Of a stretch of 64,000 bases of DNA, positions 28,765-38,063 are shown one piece after another (position 1 is the stretch's first letter; every line of letters starts with the position of its first letter). Location: assembly GCA_016204045.1 (NCBI GenBank), contig JACQLQ010000001.1, forward strand, positions 21,515-85,514, written 5' to 3'. Source of the stretch: Parcubacteria group bacterium (GTDB taxonomy: Bacteria; Patescibacteriota; Minisyncoccia; Phycocordibacterales; UBA2135). The position numbers were made by a program, and so were the translations under genes. A model generated the notes under the pieces. The model was not told where the DNA came from, did not search any database, and saw only the letters and a program-made list of their open reading frames with translations.

Positions 28765-28829
28765 GCCATTCCATCGCAGGCAAAACGACCAATCAAAACC
28801 TCTCGAAGGAGAGGTTTTGATTTAAAAAT

Positions 28830-29306
28830 CTAGACGTTGAGGATTCGAAAGAGCGCAACCCCTCCGGCGACAGCAACATTCAATGACTCTTTCGTTCCCC
28901 TCACTGGTATTTCTGCGGTCACGTCGGCAGAATCAAGTATCGCTTTGGAGAGGCCACGCACTTCATTGCCAAGGACAAACGCCGTCTTCTTCTTGGGGTG
29001 TATCTTTTTGTAATCAATTGACCTTGGAGCCTGCTCAATCGCGACTATAAAGTATCCTTCTTCTTTGAGACGCGTAAGTACGCGCGTAATGTTCTTTACA
29101 GCTTCCCACGAAAGCGCCTCTGCACCGAGAGCTGTTTTGGCAATCTTGCTTTGTGTTCTACCAAAGCGATCGGTCGGTGTTGGGGTATAACCCGTCAGAT
29201 ATATCTTCCCAACCCCCGCCGCATCAGCGGTTCGAAAAATGGCGCCAACATTGTGGGCACTCCGAACGTTGTGGAGGATAACAACTACGTTGTCGGCTTT
29301 TGTCAT
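28830..29306 (-). CDS. SpoU/TrmH-family RNA 2'-O-methyltransferase
   Basis: LHNVRSAHNVGAIFRTADAAGV...VLGNEVRGLS...LNVAVAGGVALF is the SPOUT class. Confidence 0.8.
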   Translation of the reverse strand: MTKADNVVVILHNVRSAHNVGAIFRTADAAGVGKIYLTGYTPTPTDRFGRTQSKIAKTALGAEALSWEAVKNITRVLTRLKEEGYFIVAIEQAPRSIDYKKIHPKKKTAFVLGNEVRGLSKAILDSADVTAEIPVRGTKESLNVAVAGGVALFRILNV

Positions 29307-29409
29307 ACAAAGGTCATACTACCATACTGGTGAATGTCTACGGAGGGGTCGGTTGTTGGGGTTTTGTCGTGTACTAGATACAAAATACTAGATACCATAT
29401 ACTTAATAG

Positions 29410-29763
29410 ATGCTTTCTGTATTTCCGGATCTTCTTTCGTTCGCTATACTGGCGCCTTTCATTATCCGTATTTTCTTGGGGGGATACTTTGTTGTAAGTG
29501 GGGCATACGCTCTTCGCACTGCGTATGCAAAAGATAAAAACTTTATCTCGATTGCGAACGCGGTGACTGTCATCGGCGTTGTTGCGGGCGCGTGTGTACT
29601 TGTCGGCCTCTACACACAGCTCGCCGCAATCGCCTTGGCGGTCCTCTCCGTATATCTCGCGCGTGATAAACGAGAACGCGTTACATTCCTTCTCCTCACG
29701 GGGTTGGCGCTTTCGCTCCTCTTTTCCGGCGCAGGAGCATTCGCGTTTGATTTACCTCTCTAA
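29410..29763 (+). CDS. DoxX-family membrane protein
   Basis: 117 aa, four TM helices, and the RIFLGGYFVVSG pattern. Confidence 0.5.
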   Translation: MLSVFPDLLSFAILAPFIIRIFLGGYFVVSGAYALRTAYAKDKNFISIANAVTVIGVVAGACVLVGLYTQLAAIALAVLSVYLARDKRERVTFLLLTGLALSLLFSGAGAFAFDLPL

Positions 29764-29773
29764 CCGACAACAG

Positions 29774-29848
29774 GCGACAATCAACCTACAACCCCTCCCG
29801 ATTTGCTGGTTTAGCTTTTTTGTTGTAAAGTTGTAGGTTGTTTGTTGC
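29774..29848. repeat. Imperfect 19-bp inverted repeat (gcgacaatcaacctacaac / gttgtaggttgtttgttgc) followed by a T-rich tract, immediately upstream of tRNA-Lys
   Basis: 17 of 19 positions are complementary, with a 37-nt loop. It may serve as the DoxX gene terminator. Confidence 0.5.
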
Positions 29849-29861
29849 GGGTTGATTTTTC

Positions 29862-29933
29862 CCGCCCATAGCTCAACGGTAGAGCAGCTGCCTTTTAAGC
29901 AGTTGGTTGTAGGTTCGATTCCTACTGGGCGGA
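29862..29933 (+). tRNA. tRNA-Lys(TTT): tRNA-Lys (anticodon TTT)
   Basis: Manual fold: TAGCTCAACGGTAGAGC D arm, anticodon loop CTTTTAA, T arm GTAGGTTCGATTCCTAC, acceptor CCGCCCA/TGGGCGG. CCA is not encoded. Confidence 0.7.
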
Positions 29934-29983
29934 TTTAAGTAATAAATAAAAGGAACCACTTTTAGAGTGGCTCCTTTTTGTAA

Positions 29984-30526
29984 TCAATTCCTCTGCCCCA
30001 ACAAAACTCTGCCGACAAGAGCATCTTCGTAGGTAAAGATGGCCTCACGCCATTCCTGCTCAAACCCAACAGTTATCTGAAATCCAACCGCAAGCACAAA
30101 ATCACCAGCCTCAAACCCACGCACCAGTTCTTCATGATTTGTGAAATACGCAAAGAAATCGTTGTAGATATCTATCTCTTGAGTAAACTCCTTCAAAGAA
30201 ACATGATTTGTTGCCCAGAGCGCTTCGAGACATTCCTGCGATTCCCAAAGGGCAAAACCGGTTCCCCTCCCCAACGGACCATTCTCAAGCTCCAGTGACT
30301 CGCGCGCAAATGGGACCTTGCGATAGGGCTGAAAGCCCTTGCAGAGGGCCACATCAGGATATCGGGGGACTTCAACCCTCAGGTGTGGGTTTTTGTTTTC
30401 TCCGGTAACAAAAACGCTTACTTTGTCATCTTGGGCCGGGAGATAAAGGCCTATGATGCCCGCATTCGCCAACGACGGGGCAAGGATGATAAGGGTTACA
30501 AAAATCGCCCACATCCAAGTTCTCAT
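29984..30526 (-). CDS. Hypothetical secreted protein (signal peptide)
   Basis: MRTWMWAIFVTLIILAPSLANA signal peptide; no recognisable motif. Confidence 0.4.
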   Translation of the reverse strand: MRTWMWAIFVTLIILAPSLANAGIIGLYLPAQDDKVSVFVTGENKNPHLRVEVPRYPDVALCKGFQPYRKVPFARESLELENGPLGRGTGFALWESQECLEALWATNHVSLKEFTQEIDIYNDFFAYFTNHEELVRGFEAGDFVLAVGFQITVGFEQEWREAIFTYEDALVGRVLLGQRN

Positions 30527-30940
30527 GCAATTTCTCTGGGTTACCTGAAACTGAGTAGTTTGTAGCATGCATGCCCCACAACAAGCAAGTAACTGGTACA
30601 GCGATCAAAATACAAAGTCATACATAACATAAGGCCCCTGGAGAAAGTTGGGGCCTTGTTTGCGCTTGCGCGCCAATCTACGGAGAACGAGCGGTGCTAT
30701 GTCATATTAAGTTGTACTACAGACCAAAGAACTGTTTCGAAAATCTGTTTTCGGAAGAAGCTTGTGAACTGACCCAACGAGGGTGTAACGTTGCTCTCGA
30801 AAACGTCTTTCGAGGTCTACCCACAGTCTACCCCGCTCTACGGGTTGACGCAATCAAATGGGTGTGGATAAACTAGAAAGACCTATTATTGTCCTTTTAA
30901 CACAAGGTTATTTGAGATACCCTTTTCGAAAAGAGGTGGC

Positions 30941-31672
30941 TTATATATTCAGTACAAACCGTTCCAATGCAACATCAAGATCTTCTCCCCCAAGGCGTGC
31001 TTCGTGGGATATCGACACGAGTGTGCTTGAAAGTTTTTGCAATTCTGTTTCTGAAAAATTTTTTTTGAATTGTTTTGCTTTTTTCTCAACAAAAGGATTG
31101 AGTCCGAGCGCTGTTATAGCCGCGGGTCCTTCTTGTTCCGCCTGTGTGAGTGAGAGGAGATTTTTTACTTGCCAAAAGAGTGTTCCGTGGATCTGCTCTG
31201 GTTCGTGCCCACCCCGAAGTGCTTTCTGGAGCAAAACCCATGCTTCTTGCCTATTCCGTGCACCCAAAGCATCGGAAAGCTCGAAGGTAATAGTGTCTTT
31301 TCGCTGTTTTTGTTCAGGTTTTTCAAGAAGAAAAGCCTTCTTTGCATACTTAGCAAGGACTCTTTTAAGAGTCGCGGATAGCTTTGCCTCTTTAAAAACA
31401 AAGACGGTTGCCGAATCGGCAAGTTGCGCGACCTCCTCTTCTACGAATTCGGCTATGGGCTCAAGCGACAACGTGTTGCTTAATACAACTATGTTGTTGG
31501 ATTCGAAAAGACCGTGCGCCCTCACAAGCTCCTCAAGAGAAGAGACCGAGACTGTCTCTTCATCAAAGACCAGTATGGGCGCCTCCGGCTTTTTTGCCCG
31601 GAGTGCATCAACAAAAGCACTCGATTTCTCGGCAACGCGCGCGGTATCAGACCCCCAAAATACGTATATCAC
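30941..31672 (-). CDS. holA: DNA polymerase III delta subunit (HolA)-like, probable GTG start
   Basis: The conceptual N-terminus MIYVFWGSD resembles holA starts. The ORF extension further upstream is Arg/Pro-rich and non-protein-like. Confidence 0.5.
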   Translation of the reverse strand: MIYVFWGSDTARVAEKSSAFVDALRAKKPEAPILVFDEETVSVSSLEELVRAHGLFESNNIVVLSNTLSLEPIAEFVEEEVAQLADSATVFVFKEAKLSATLKRVLAKYAKKAFLLEKPEQKQRKDTITFELSDALGARNRQEAWVLLQKALRGGHEPEQIHGTLFWQVKNLLSLTQAEQEGPAAITALGLNPFVEKKAKQFKKNFSETELQKLSSTLVSISHEARLGGEDLDVALERFVLNI

Positions 31673-31761
31673 ATGTATATGATACCCCGCAGGTGCCTGT
31701 TGGACAATTTTGGGTACAATGCTACCCTTACAGTAGTATTGAAAACTTGACGGAGACGGCC

Positions 31762-32535
31762 ATGTTCCGAAGTGTTTACACGCTTTGCGCCGCCGTCGTT
31801 GTTGCGGCGATTGCGGCTTGCAAACCTTTCCCAAAAGCAGCAAACGAGTACCCCGCGGGGCATGTGGTTCATGAAGCAGCAAAGGGCTATCTCTCAATCA
31901 GCGGAGCTTGCGGGCTCATTAGTTGGATGGGAAGCGCTTTCGTTGTTGAAGTGAATGGTGTTTCAATGGGTTTGGGTAACGGTTTAACCGCCGCTCATAA
32001 TCTCTGGTATATGTGCGGCGACATTGGTGAAGTGATGGCGGAAACACATACGGGCGCAAAATTTAAAGTGAACGCCGTCGGCTACGAAAAGGAAACTGAC
32101 ATTGGTGTTATCTACTCCCCGTCCTATCCGGGCATGAAACCCCTTTCTTTGGGGAACTCAGACGACTTAAAGTTGGGCCAAATGTTGTATGGACTTTGCA
32201 CCACGGTATGGAATCCTTCCGTAATTCCTTATGGACCGCTCATTGCAAAGGATATCACCGATTACTACACGGATCTCGAAGTCACTCTTACGGGTCTTAT
32301 GACCTTTGACGGCGCGCGGCATCCCCAGGGGTGCTCTGGCGGCCCCGTACTTACAGAGGATGGAAAGGTTGTGGGTGTGATGAGTGGAATACCCACAATT
32401 ACAGTAACTAACTTCGAGGCGGGACGCGGAGCAGTGTCCACGTACGAGGAACAACGGGGACGAGAAATCTATTTCGTTCCCATTAACACAGCTCTCGAAG
32501 CGATGCGTCGCATTGTTGCGAAAAACGGTCACTAG
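31762..32535 (+). CDS. Trypsin-like (S1 family) serine peptidase, secreted/lipoprotein
   Basis: Signal peptide ending AAIAAC, a TAAH His motif and the GCSGGPV active-site serine motif. Start chosen at MFRSVY. Confidence 0.65.
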   Translation: MFRSVYTLCAAVVVAAIAACKPFPKAANEYPAGHVVHEAAKGYLSISGACGLISWMGSAFVVEVNGVSMGLGNGLTAAHNLWYMCGDIGEVMAETHTGAKFKVNAVGYEKETDIGVIYSPSYPGMKPLSLGNSDDLKLGQMLYGLCTTVWNPSVIPYGPLIAKDITDYYTDLEVTLTGLMTFDGARHPQGCSGGPVLTEDGKVVGVMSGIPTITVTNFEAGRGAVSTYEEQRGREIYFVPINTALEAMRRIVAKNGH

Positions 32536-32545
32536 AGCCAAAGCA

Positions 32546-32597
32546 AACATCCCGAGTCCTGCCCTTGGCAGATCAGGACTCGGGATGTTTTTATTTC
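32546..32597 (+). terminator. Rho-independent terminator after the peptidase gene
   Basis: A 14-16 bp stem (aacatcccgagtcctg ... caggactcgggatgtt) followed by tttatttcg. A second palindrome, aaaatgaaaatgtcttcattttcatttt, at 32614-32641 may terminate polA from the opposite strand. Confidence 0.6.
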
Positions 32598-32675
32598 GTC
32601 GAGCGAGCGGGCAAAATGAAAATGTCTTCATTTTCATTTTCTCCGAGCGAAGACGAAATATAAGACGAGGTGCTT

Positions 32676-35051
32676 TTATGTTTTAACTACCTCCATCTCC
32701 CCCCAATTTTTCCCCAAAGAAGCATCTGCGATGATGGGCACATCGTGTTTAAGGACGGCCTCCATCTCCCTCTTAATTAGAGGTATCACCTCTCCAACCA
32801 CATCGTCGTTCACTTCGTACAAGAGTTCGTCATGTACCTGGAGAAGAAGGAGCGCCCTGTCTTCCCACCCGTGTTTGCGGAGCATTGTGTCAACATTAAC
32901 AATCGCAAGCTTGATAATGTCCCCAGTGGCCGTTCCTTGGAGTGGGGCATTGACTGCCATGCGTTCAGCAGCAGCTCTAATATAGGGGATGTTTGAATTG
33001 ATACCTTCAAAATAGCGGCGTCTCCCAAAGAAGGTTTCGGTGTATCCTTGCTTTGCTGCCTTTCTTTTTATTTCTTCGAGAAAGTTGGCAATTCCGGGAA
33101 ATTCATCGAAATAGCTATTATAGAAATTTTGAGCTTCCTCGCGCGTGCCACCAAGAGCTTTCTGTAAACTGGAAATCCCCATGCCGTAGATAATGCCGAA
33201 GTTGATTGTTTTTGCTTTGCGACGCATCTCTTTTGTTACTTCTTCCTGTGGCACCTTAAAAACTCTTGAGGCAACAGCCGCGTGTACATCACGACCCTCT
33301 TTAAAAATGCGAGTGAGGTCTTCGTCTTTGGAGAGAATGGCGAGGACGCGAAGCTCAATTTGGGAATAATCGAACGCCGCGAGCGTAAACCCCTTTCGTG
33401 CAATAAACGCTCGGCGTATCTTCCCGCCGTGTTCCCCTTTTATGGGAACGTTTTGGAGATTCGGGTTTTCTGAAGCCATCCGCCCCGTTGTTGTGCCTGT
33501 CTGTATAAATGATGTATGCAGTGCGCCTTCGGCATCGACCATTCCCGGAATATTGTCGATATATGTGGAAACAAGCTTTTGAAACTCGCGAAATGCGAGA
33601 ATGTCCGCAATGATTGGGTGCACATCTTCGAGCTTTAGGAGCTCTGATTCGCGCGTCGAGCGAGCGCCGCCCTCGGTCTTTTTAAGACCCTTCGCGGTGA
33701 GGCCCATTGTGTCAAAAAGCACTTCGCCGAGTTGCCGCGGGGAATTGATGTTGAATCGCGTACCCGCGCTCTTCCAGATACGCTCGGAGAGTTTGTCGAG
33801 CTCTTTGTGATATTCTTTTGAAAGATTTTTGAGATACGACGTGTCGATTAAGACCCCGCGTTCCTCTGCTTTTTTGATAATTGGTGTGAGTGGTAGCTCT
33901 ATTTCACGATACACGCGCTCGAGGCCAAGTGACTTGATCTCTCGGAGAATCCCTTCTTTTGCCTCGACAAATGTCTTCGTGCGTGCGTGGCGCATGATAT
34001 CCTCTAGAGTTGGGTTCGTTATGTCTGAATTGACAAGCCAAAGCGCAATCGCCGTCTCAACAATCTCTCTCGGATCTGGTTTTTCTTGTGTTTCTTCTTT
34101 CTGTGTTTCTTTTTTCTCACCCAAGACACCTCGCAATCGATCCTCAAGTGTTCGAAAGTCGAGTTCTTGAAAGAGGTTAGACGCCTTTGCAATATCGAAT
34201 GTGTCTCTCCATGTTTTTTGTGGGAGAGAAAAATCAATTGGTGCGTCTTTCCTAATTGATGCAAGTGTTTTTGAAAAAAGTGCCTCCTCTTCGTTGTCTT
34301 TCAAGAGTTGCACAATACGCGGTTTAATCGCCTTCTTCTCGAACGCCTTCTCGTCCTTCTTAAGTTTTTTATAAATATCTTCAATGCCACCGAAGGCGAG
34401 GATGAGCTCTGTTGCCGTCTTTTCGCCGATACCGCGAATGCCCGGGATGTTGTCGGAGGGATCACCGCGCAATCCTTTGTAATCCGCGAGGAGTTCTGGT
34501 CCGAAGCCGAAGCGTTCGCGCACCGCCTTCTCGTCATAAAGAATCGTGTCTGAAATACCTTTTTTGAGTGTATAGACCATAACCCGTCTATCATCTACCA
34601 AACTTAAGGTGTCCATGTCACCTGATGCGATGATGATTTCGAGCGCCTCTTTCTTGAGCGCGCCCTTGGATTCTTCGACAATGGTGCCAATAACGTCATC
34701 GGCTTCAAAGCCTGCTTTTTCGTAAATGGGAATGCCGAGCGCCCCAAAGACATCTCTTGATCGAATCATTTGCGCAACTAAATCGTCCTCGGCCTTTGGC
34801 CGCTTTGCTTTGTACCCCTCAAACGCTTCATGACGAAATGTCGGCCCCGCCAAGTCATAGCACGCAATGAGGTAATCGGGCTTCAGGTCGCTAATAAGTT
34901 TGATTAACATTGCCGAAAGCCCATACAACCCACCAGTTGGCTCACCCTTTCTCGAAGTGAAGTCTGGGAGTGCGTGATACGCACGATGCAAGATTGCGTG
35001 AGCATCTAAGAGCACGAGCCGTCTTTTTGTTGTTTCCTTTGTTTGTTTCAT
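32676..35051 (-). CDS. polA: DNA polymerase I
   Basis: N-terminal 5'-3' exonuclease (LVLLDAHAILHRAYHALP) and polymerase motifs RRKAKTINFGIIYGMG and LLLQVHDELLYEV. Confidence 0.9.
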   Translation of the reverse strand: MKQTKETTKRRLVLLDAHAILHRAYHALPDFTSRKGEPTGGLYGLSAMLIKLISDLKPDYLIACYDLAGPTFRHEAFEGYKAKRPKAEDDLVAQMIRSRDVFGALGIPIYEKAGFEADDVIGTIVEESKGALKKEALEIIIASGDMDTLSLVDDRRVMVYTLKKGISDTILYDEKAVRERFGFGPELLADYKGLRGDPSDNIPGIRGIGEKTATELILAFGGIEDIYKKLKKDEKAFEKKAIKPRIVQLLKDNEEEALFSKTLASIRKDAPIDFSLPQKTWRDTFDIAKASNLFQELDFRTLEDRLRGVLGEKKETQKEETQEKPDPREIVETAIALWLVNSDITNPTLEDIMRHARTKTFVEAKEGILREIKSLGLERVYREIELPLTPIIKKAEERGVLIDTSYLKNLSKEYHKELDKLSERIWKSAGTRFNINSPRQLGEVLFDTMGLTAKGLKKTEGGARSTRESELLKLEDVHPIIADILAFREFQKLVSTYIDNIPGMVDAEGALHTSFIQTGTTTGRMASENPNLQNVPIKGEHGGKIRRAFIARKGFTLAAFDYSQIELRVLAILSKDEDLTRIFKEGRDVHAAVASRVFKVPQEEVTKEMRRKAKTINFGIIYGMGISSLQKALGGTREEAQNFYNSYFDEFPGIANFLEEIKRKAAKQGYTETFFGRRRYFEGINSNIPYIRAAAERMAVNAPLQGTATGDIIKLAIVNVDTMLRKHGWEDRALLLLQVHDELLYEVNDDVVGEVIPLIKREMEAVLKHDVPIIADASLGKNWGEMEVVKT

Positions 35052-35053
35052 GA

Positions 35054-35503
35054 CTACGGATTAACGATTCTGATTTTTCTTGTGCGTTCGTCTACTCCTT
35101 CAAAATACATCTTTATCGCATCGTACGGCAATGCGGCCTCTATCCGGTCTGCCCATTCTATGAAAATGAGGTTCTTCGGATCTTTTGAGATCTCCTCCCA
35201 CCCGAGACTCAACAATTCGTCACTGTCCCGTAAGCGATATGCATCAATATGTATAAAGCGGGCAAAGCGCGGGTGGTCCATGGCATACACGCGTTCAATG
35301 ATGAACGTTGGGGAGACCACAGGTTCCACAACACCGAGTGATTCTGCGATGCTTTTTACAAACGTGGTTTTGCCACTCCCCAAATCGCCATACAATCCTA
35401 TGACGGATGCCTCCTTGGGCGCCACACGCCCAAATACTTCTTGCGCGAGTATCGCGGCCACAGCCTTCAGGTCATCGGGGGTTTTTGCGTAGAGCTCTTG
35501 CAT
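35054..35503 (-). CDS. tsaE: tRNA threonylcarbamoyladenosine biosynthesis protein TsaE (YjeE)
   Basis: LYGDLGSGKTTFVKSIAESLGV and SPTFIIERVY motifs. Start moved to MQELYAK. Confidence 0.8.
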   Translation of the reverse strand: MQELYAKTPDDLKAVAAILAQEVFGRVAPKEASVIGLYGDLGSGKTTFVKSIAESLGVVEPVVSPTFIIERVYAMDHPRFARFIHIDAYRLRDSDELLSLGWEEISKDPKNLIFIEWADRIEAALPYDAIKMYFEGVDERTRKIRIVNP

Positions 35504-35523
35504 GCGTCTATTGTACCAAATGA

Positions 35524-35556
35524 AAGGGCGCGAGGGGGGGTAACCTCCTCGCGCCC
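35524..35556 (-). terminator. GC-rich hairpin terminator downstream of the lipoprotein gene
   Basis: gggcgcgagg...cctcctcgcgccc is a 10-13 bp GC stem, followed on the minus strand by a short T tract. Confidence 0.4.
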
Positions 35557-35576
35557 GTTTTGTTGTGGTCGACGTG

Positions 35577-36056
35577 CTACTGCACGCGCCACTGACCGTC
35601 TGGCTGCCGACAGGCGGTGCCAAAGGCGTTCTGCGTCTGGCCACCAACGGTGACCGTCTGCTGGTACTCGCGGCAGTAGACGCCTGAACGTGGCTCTGTC
35701 GTGTTGGTGGGCGTCACCGTGCCGTAGTGGCCAGTGTCCGGGTTCCGCCACGTCGTCGTGGTGTTGCGCGGGGTATCGTTCAGCGCACGCTCTGTCGTTT
35801 GGTGCATCAGACGACGGTCTGTCGCATCCACGGACCGGCCGAGTTCGCCACCAATGGCGGCGCCCAGGAGGGTACCGATGCCGACTCCGACGAGCTGGCC
35901 CGTGCCACGCCCGAATTGCGCACCAGCGAGACCGCCAGCGATAGCGCCCAGGACTGTGCCGGCCTGCTGATTTTCGCCACCAGCGCAGCCGATGGGGCCA
36001 CCAAACGCCAGGGAAACTCCCAGCACTGCAACCAAAAGCACTTTATTTGACTTCAT
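35577..36056 (-). CDS. Glycine-zipper (17-kDa surface antigen/SlyB-like) lipoprotein with Cys-containing C-terminal domain; GC-anomalous
   Basis: Lipobox LAFGGPIGC, Gly-zipper GAIAGGLAGAQFGRGTGQLVGVGIGTLLGAAIGG, and C-terminal YCREYQQTVTVGG...GTACRQPDGQWRV. Local GC is about 65% against about 48% background. Confidence 0.6.
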   Translation of the reverse strand: MKSNKVLLVAVLGVSLAFGGPIGCAGGENQQAGTVLGAIAGGLAGAQFGRGTGQLVGVGIGTLLGAAIGGELGRSVDATDRRLMHQTTERALNDTPRNTTTTWRNPDTGHYGTVTPTNTTEPRSGVYCREYQQTVTVGGQTQNAFGTACRQPDGQWRVQ

Positions 36057-36375
36057 TTTACCCGTTCCTTCCTATAAGCTGGATTGCCAAGTCAATTATA
36101 TCATAATCGGCTAAAAAGTCAATAAAAATGAGGTTATGTAGCGCAGAACATAACAACTACCTCACACCAAAATCACGTACTCGCAGATGGTACTTTCGTT
36201 AGTAAGAATGAGCACTGGGGCTAACAAAACAATTGGGTTGTGTTTACTGTCGTGATGGTGCACAGTGATTCTCTGCACAGAACCACTGTTTCAACAAAGT
36301 GCAATATTGTTTTACGTAGAAGCACGCGCTAGTATTAAAAGCAAGAGACGCTCCTCCTTTGCCCTCTTCATTTTC

Positions 36376-38055
36376 ATGGTCACGTTTGACGAAGACAAGC
36401 AAAAAAAGAAAGTAGCTGAACTGCAAACGCAGGAAGCTGAAGAACTTGCTCGATTTATAGCAGAAAGGCATGATCTTCCTTATATAGACCTTTTAACTGT
36501 TCCCCTTTCAAGTGACGCTTTGCGCCTTCTAAAGGAAGAAGAGGCGCGTACGGGGCTTCTCGCTCCGTTTCGTTTGGTTGGAAAACAGGTTCATGTTGCC
36601 ATTGCGGCGCCCAACAACCAAGACACAATAGACCGAATAAAAGAGCTAGAAAATGCGGGGTATTCTCCGATCCTCTATGTTGCATCCAAAAAGAGTCTTG
36701 GGCGCGTATGGGAACGATATGCGGAGCTTTCTTTAAGCTTAGAGACGGAGGAGGGCGTTCTTGAGGTCTCCTCAGAACAAGTTCTGTCTTACTTGGCAGA
36801 ATTTAAGAGCTTAAACAGTGTCGCAGAGGTTATTGCTGGCGTACTTGCGGGGAAGGAACGATATCAGACCACAAGAATCCTTGAAATTTTGATTGCTGGG
36901 TCCCTCGCCACCGACGCGTCAGACATTCATATTGAACCAGAAGAGACGCAGGTGATGCTCCGCTATCGTTTGGATGGTGTTCTTCAGGAGGTTGCTGCCA
37001 TAGAGGAGCGGGTGTTCACACTCCTTGTTTCACGTATTAAAATTCTCTCCGGCATGAAGTTGAACGTGCGTGATGATGCGCAAAACGGCCGGTTCACCAT
37101 CAAGGTGCATGATGCGGACATCGAAGTTCGAATCTCGACAGTGCCCGGAGCATATGGAGAGTCTGTGGTGCTTCGTATCCTAAACCCCAAGGCGATAGCG
37201 GTTCCATTTGATAAGTTGGGTATGGAAAAGAGACTTGAGGAAATTGTGAGACGGGAGATAAAAAAGCCCAATGGCTTGATCCTAAACACGGGTCCTACTG
37301 GTTCTGGAAAGACGACAACGCTTTACGCGATCCTACGTCTGTTGAACGACCCGACAGTCAAAATTATTACCATTGAGGACCCGGTTGAATATCATCTTCC
37401 CGGGATAACACAGACGCAGGTTGATAGTAATACCGCGTATAACTTTTTTGAGGGGCTCCGTTCGGGGCTCCGCCAAGACCCAGACGTCATCATGGTCGGA
37501 GAAATCCGCGACAAAGAAACTGCGGAGACTGCGATTGATGCCGCGCTCACGGGTCACTTGGTGCTTTCGACCCTTCACACAAACAACGCGGCGGGAACCA
37601 TACCTCGGCTCATCGACCTTGGAGTAAATCCAAAAATCATCGGCTCTGCGCTAACGCTTGCTCTTGCCCAACGACTCCTACGAAAACTCTGTGAATACTG
37701 TAAGAAGGAAGACACACCAACGGAAGAAGAGCGAAAGATCATCGCTCATATGGAGCCGCGGTTGCGCACCGCATTCGCCGACATACAAACCACACGAGTA
37801 TGGCGGGGAAGCAAGTGTGACAAATGCAACAACACCGGCTATAAAGGACGTATTGGTATTTTTGAGGCGGTGCACATGGATGCCGAAATTGAAAAACTCG
37901 CTTCAGAAAACCCGAGCGAGCGTGAGATAAAAAAGTTAATGGATACACAGGGATTGCTTGATATGGGAGAAGATGGTGTTTCAAAGATTCTTCATGGTGT
38001 CACTTCTTTTGAGGAGGTGATGCGTGTAATTGATTTGAGCTCTTACGCCACCTGA
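36376..38055 (+). CDS. pilB: Type IV pilus assembly ATPase PilB / GspE-family secretion ATPase
   Basis: N-terminal GSPII_E N-domain, Walker A GPTGSGKTTTLYA, the His box STLHTNNAAG and a tetracysteine motif CEYC...CDKC. Start moved to MVTFDED. Confidence 0.85.
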   Translation: MVTFDEDKQKKKVAELQTQEAEELARFIAERHDLPYIDLLTVPLSSDALRLLKEEEARTGLLAPFRLVGKQVHVAIAAPNNQDTIDRIKELENAGYSPILYVASKKSLGRVWERYAELSLSLETEEGVLEVSSEQVLSYLAEFKSLNSVAEVIAGVLAGKERYQTTRILEILIAGSLATDASDIHIEPEETQVMLRYRLDGVLQEVAAIEERVFTLLVSRIKILSGMKLNVRDDAQNGRFTIKVHDADIEVRISTVPGAYGESVVLRILNPKAIAVPFDKLGMEKRLEEIVRREIKKPNGLILNTGPTGSGKTTTLYAILRLLNDPTVKIITIEDPVEYHLPGITQTQVDSNTAYNFFEGLRSGLRQDPDVIMVGEIRDKETAETAIDAALTGHLVLSTLHTNNAAGTIPRLIDLGVNPKIIGSALTLALAQRLLRKLCEYCKKEDTPTEEERKIIAHMEPRLRTAFADIQTTRVWRGSKCDKCNNTGYKGRIGIFEAVHMDAEIEKLASENPSEREIKKLMDTQGLLDMGEDGVSKILHGVTSFEEVMRVIDLSSYAT

Positions 38056-38063
38056 AGATTTGA

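Noticed and set aside
30570-30940. 370-bp ORF-poor spacer, possible ncRNA (RNase P RNA, SRP RNA or tmRNA)
   Set aside because: No conserved motifs of these RNAs were found (for example GGAAAGUCCGG, or a tmRNA tag-coding or TpsiC-CCA end). Only a terminator-like hairpin (aaggcccc...ggggcctt at about 30634-30660) was recognised.
31408-31761. N-terminal 118 aa of the protease ORF
   Set aside because: The sequence is low-complexity Arg/Gln-rich and overlaps the holA start region on the other strand. The signal peptide begins at MFRSVY.
31673-31897. N-terminal 75 aa of the long holA ORF
   Set aside because: The composition is Arg/Pro/Gln-rich and non-protein-like, and a GTG start giving MIYVFWGSD fits holA better. 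The start is uncertain and an upstream start is not excluded.
35441-36056. Multiple overlapping ORFs in all frames (35690..35944, 35727..36050, 35734..35970, 35807..36031, 35467..35751 and others)
   Set aside because: They are artefacts of the high-GC lipoprotein gene region; only the minus-strand lipoprotein frame has coherent features (signal peptide, lipobox, Gly zipper).
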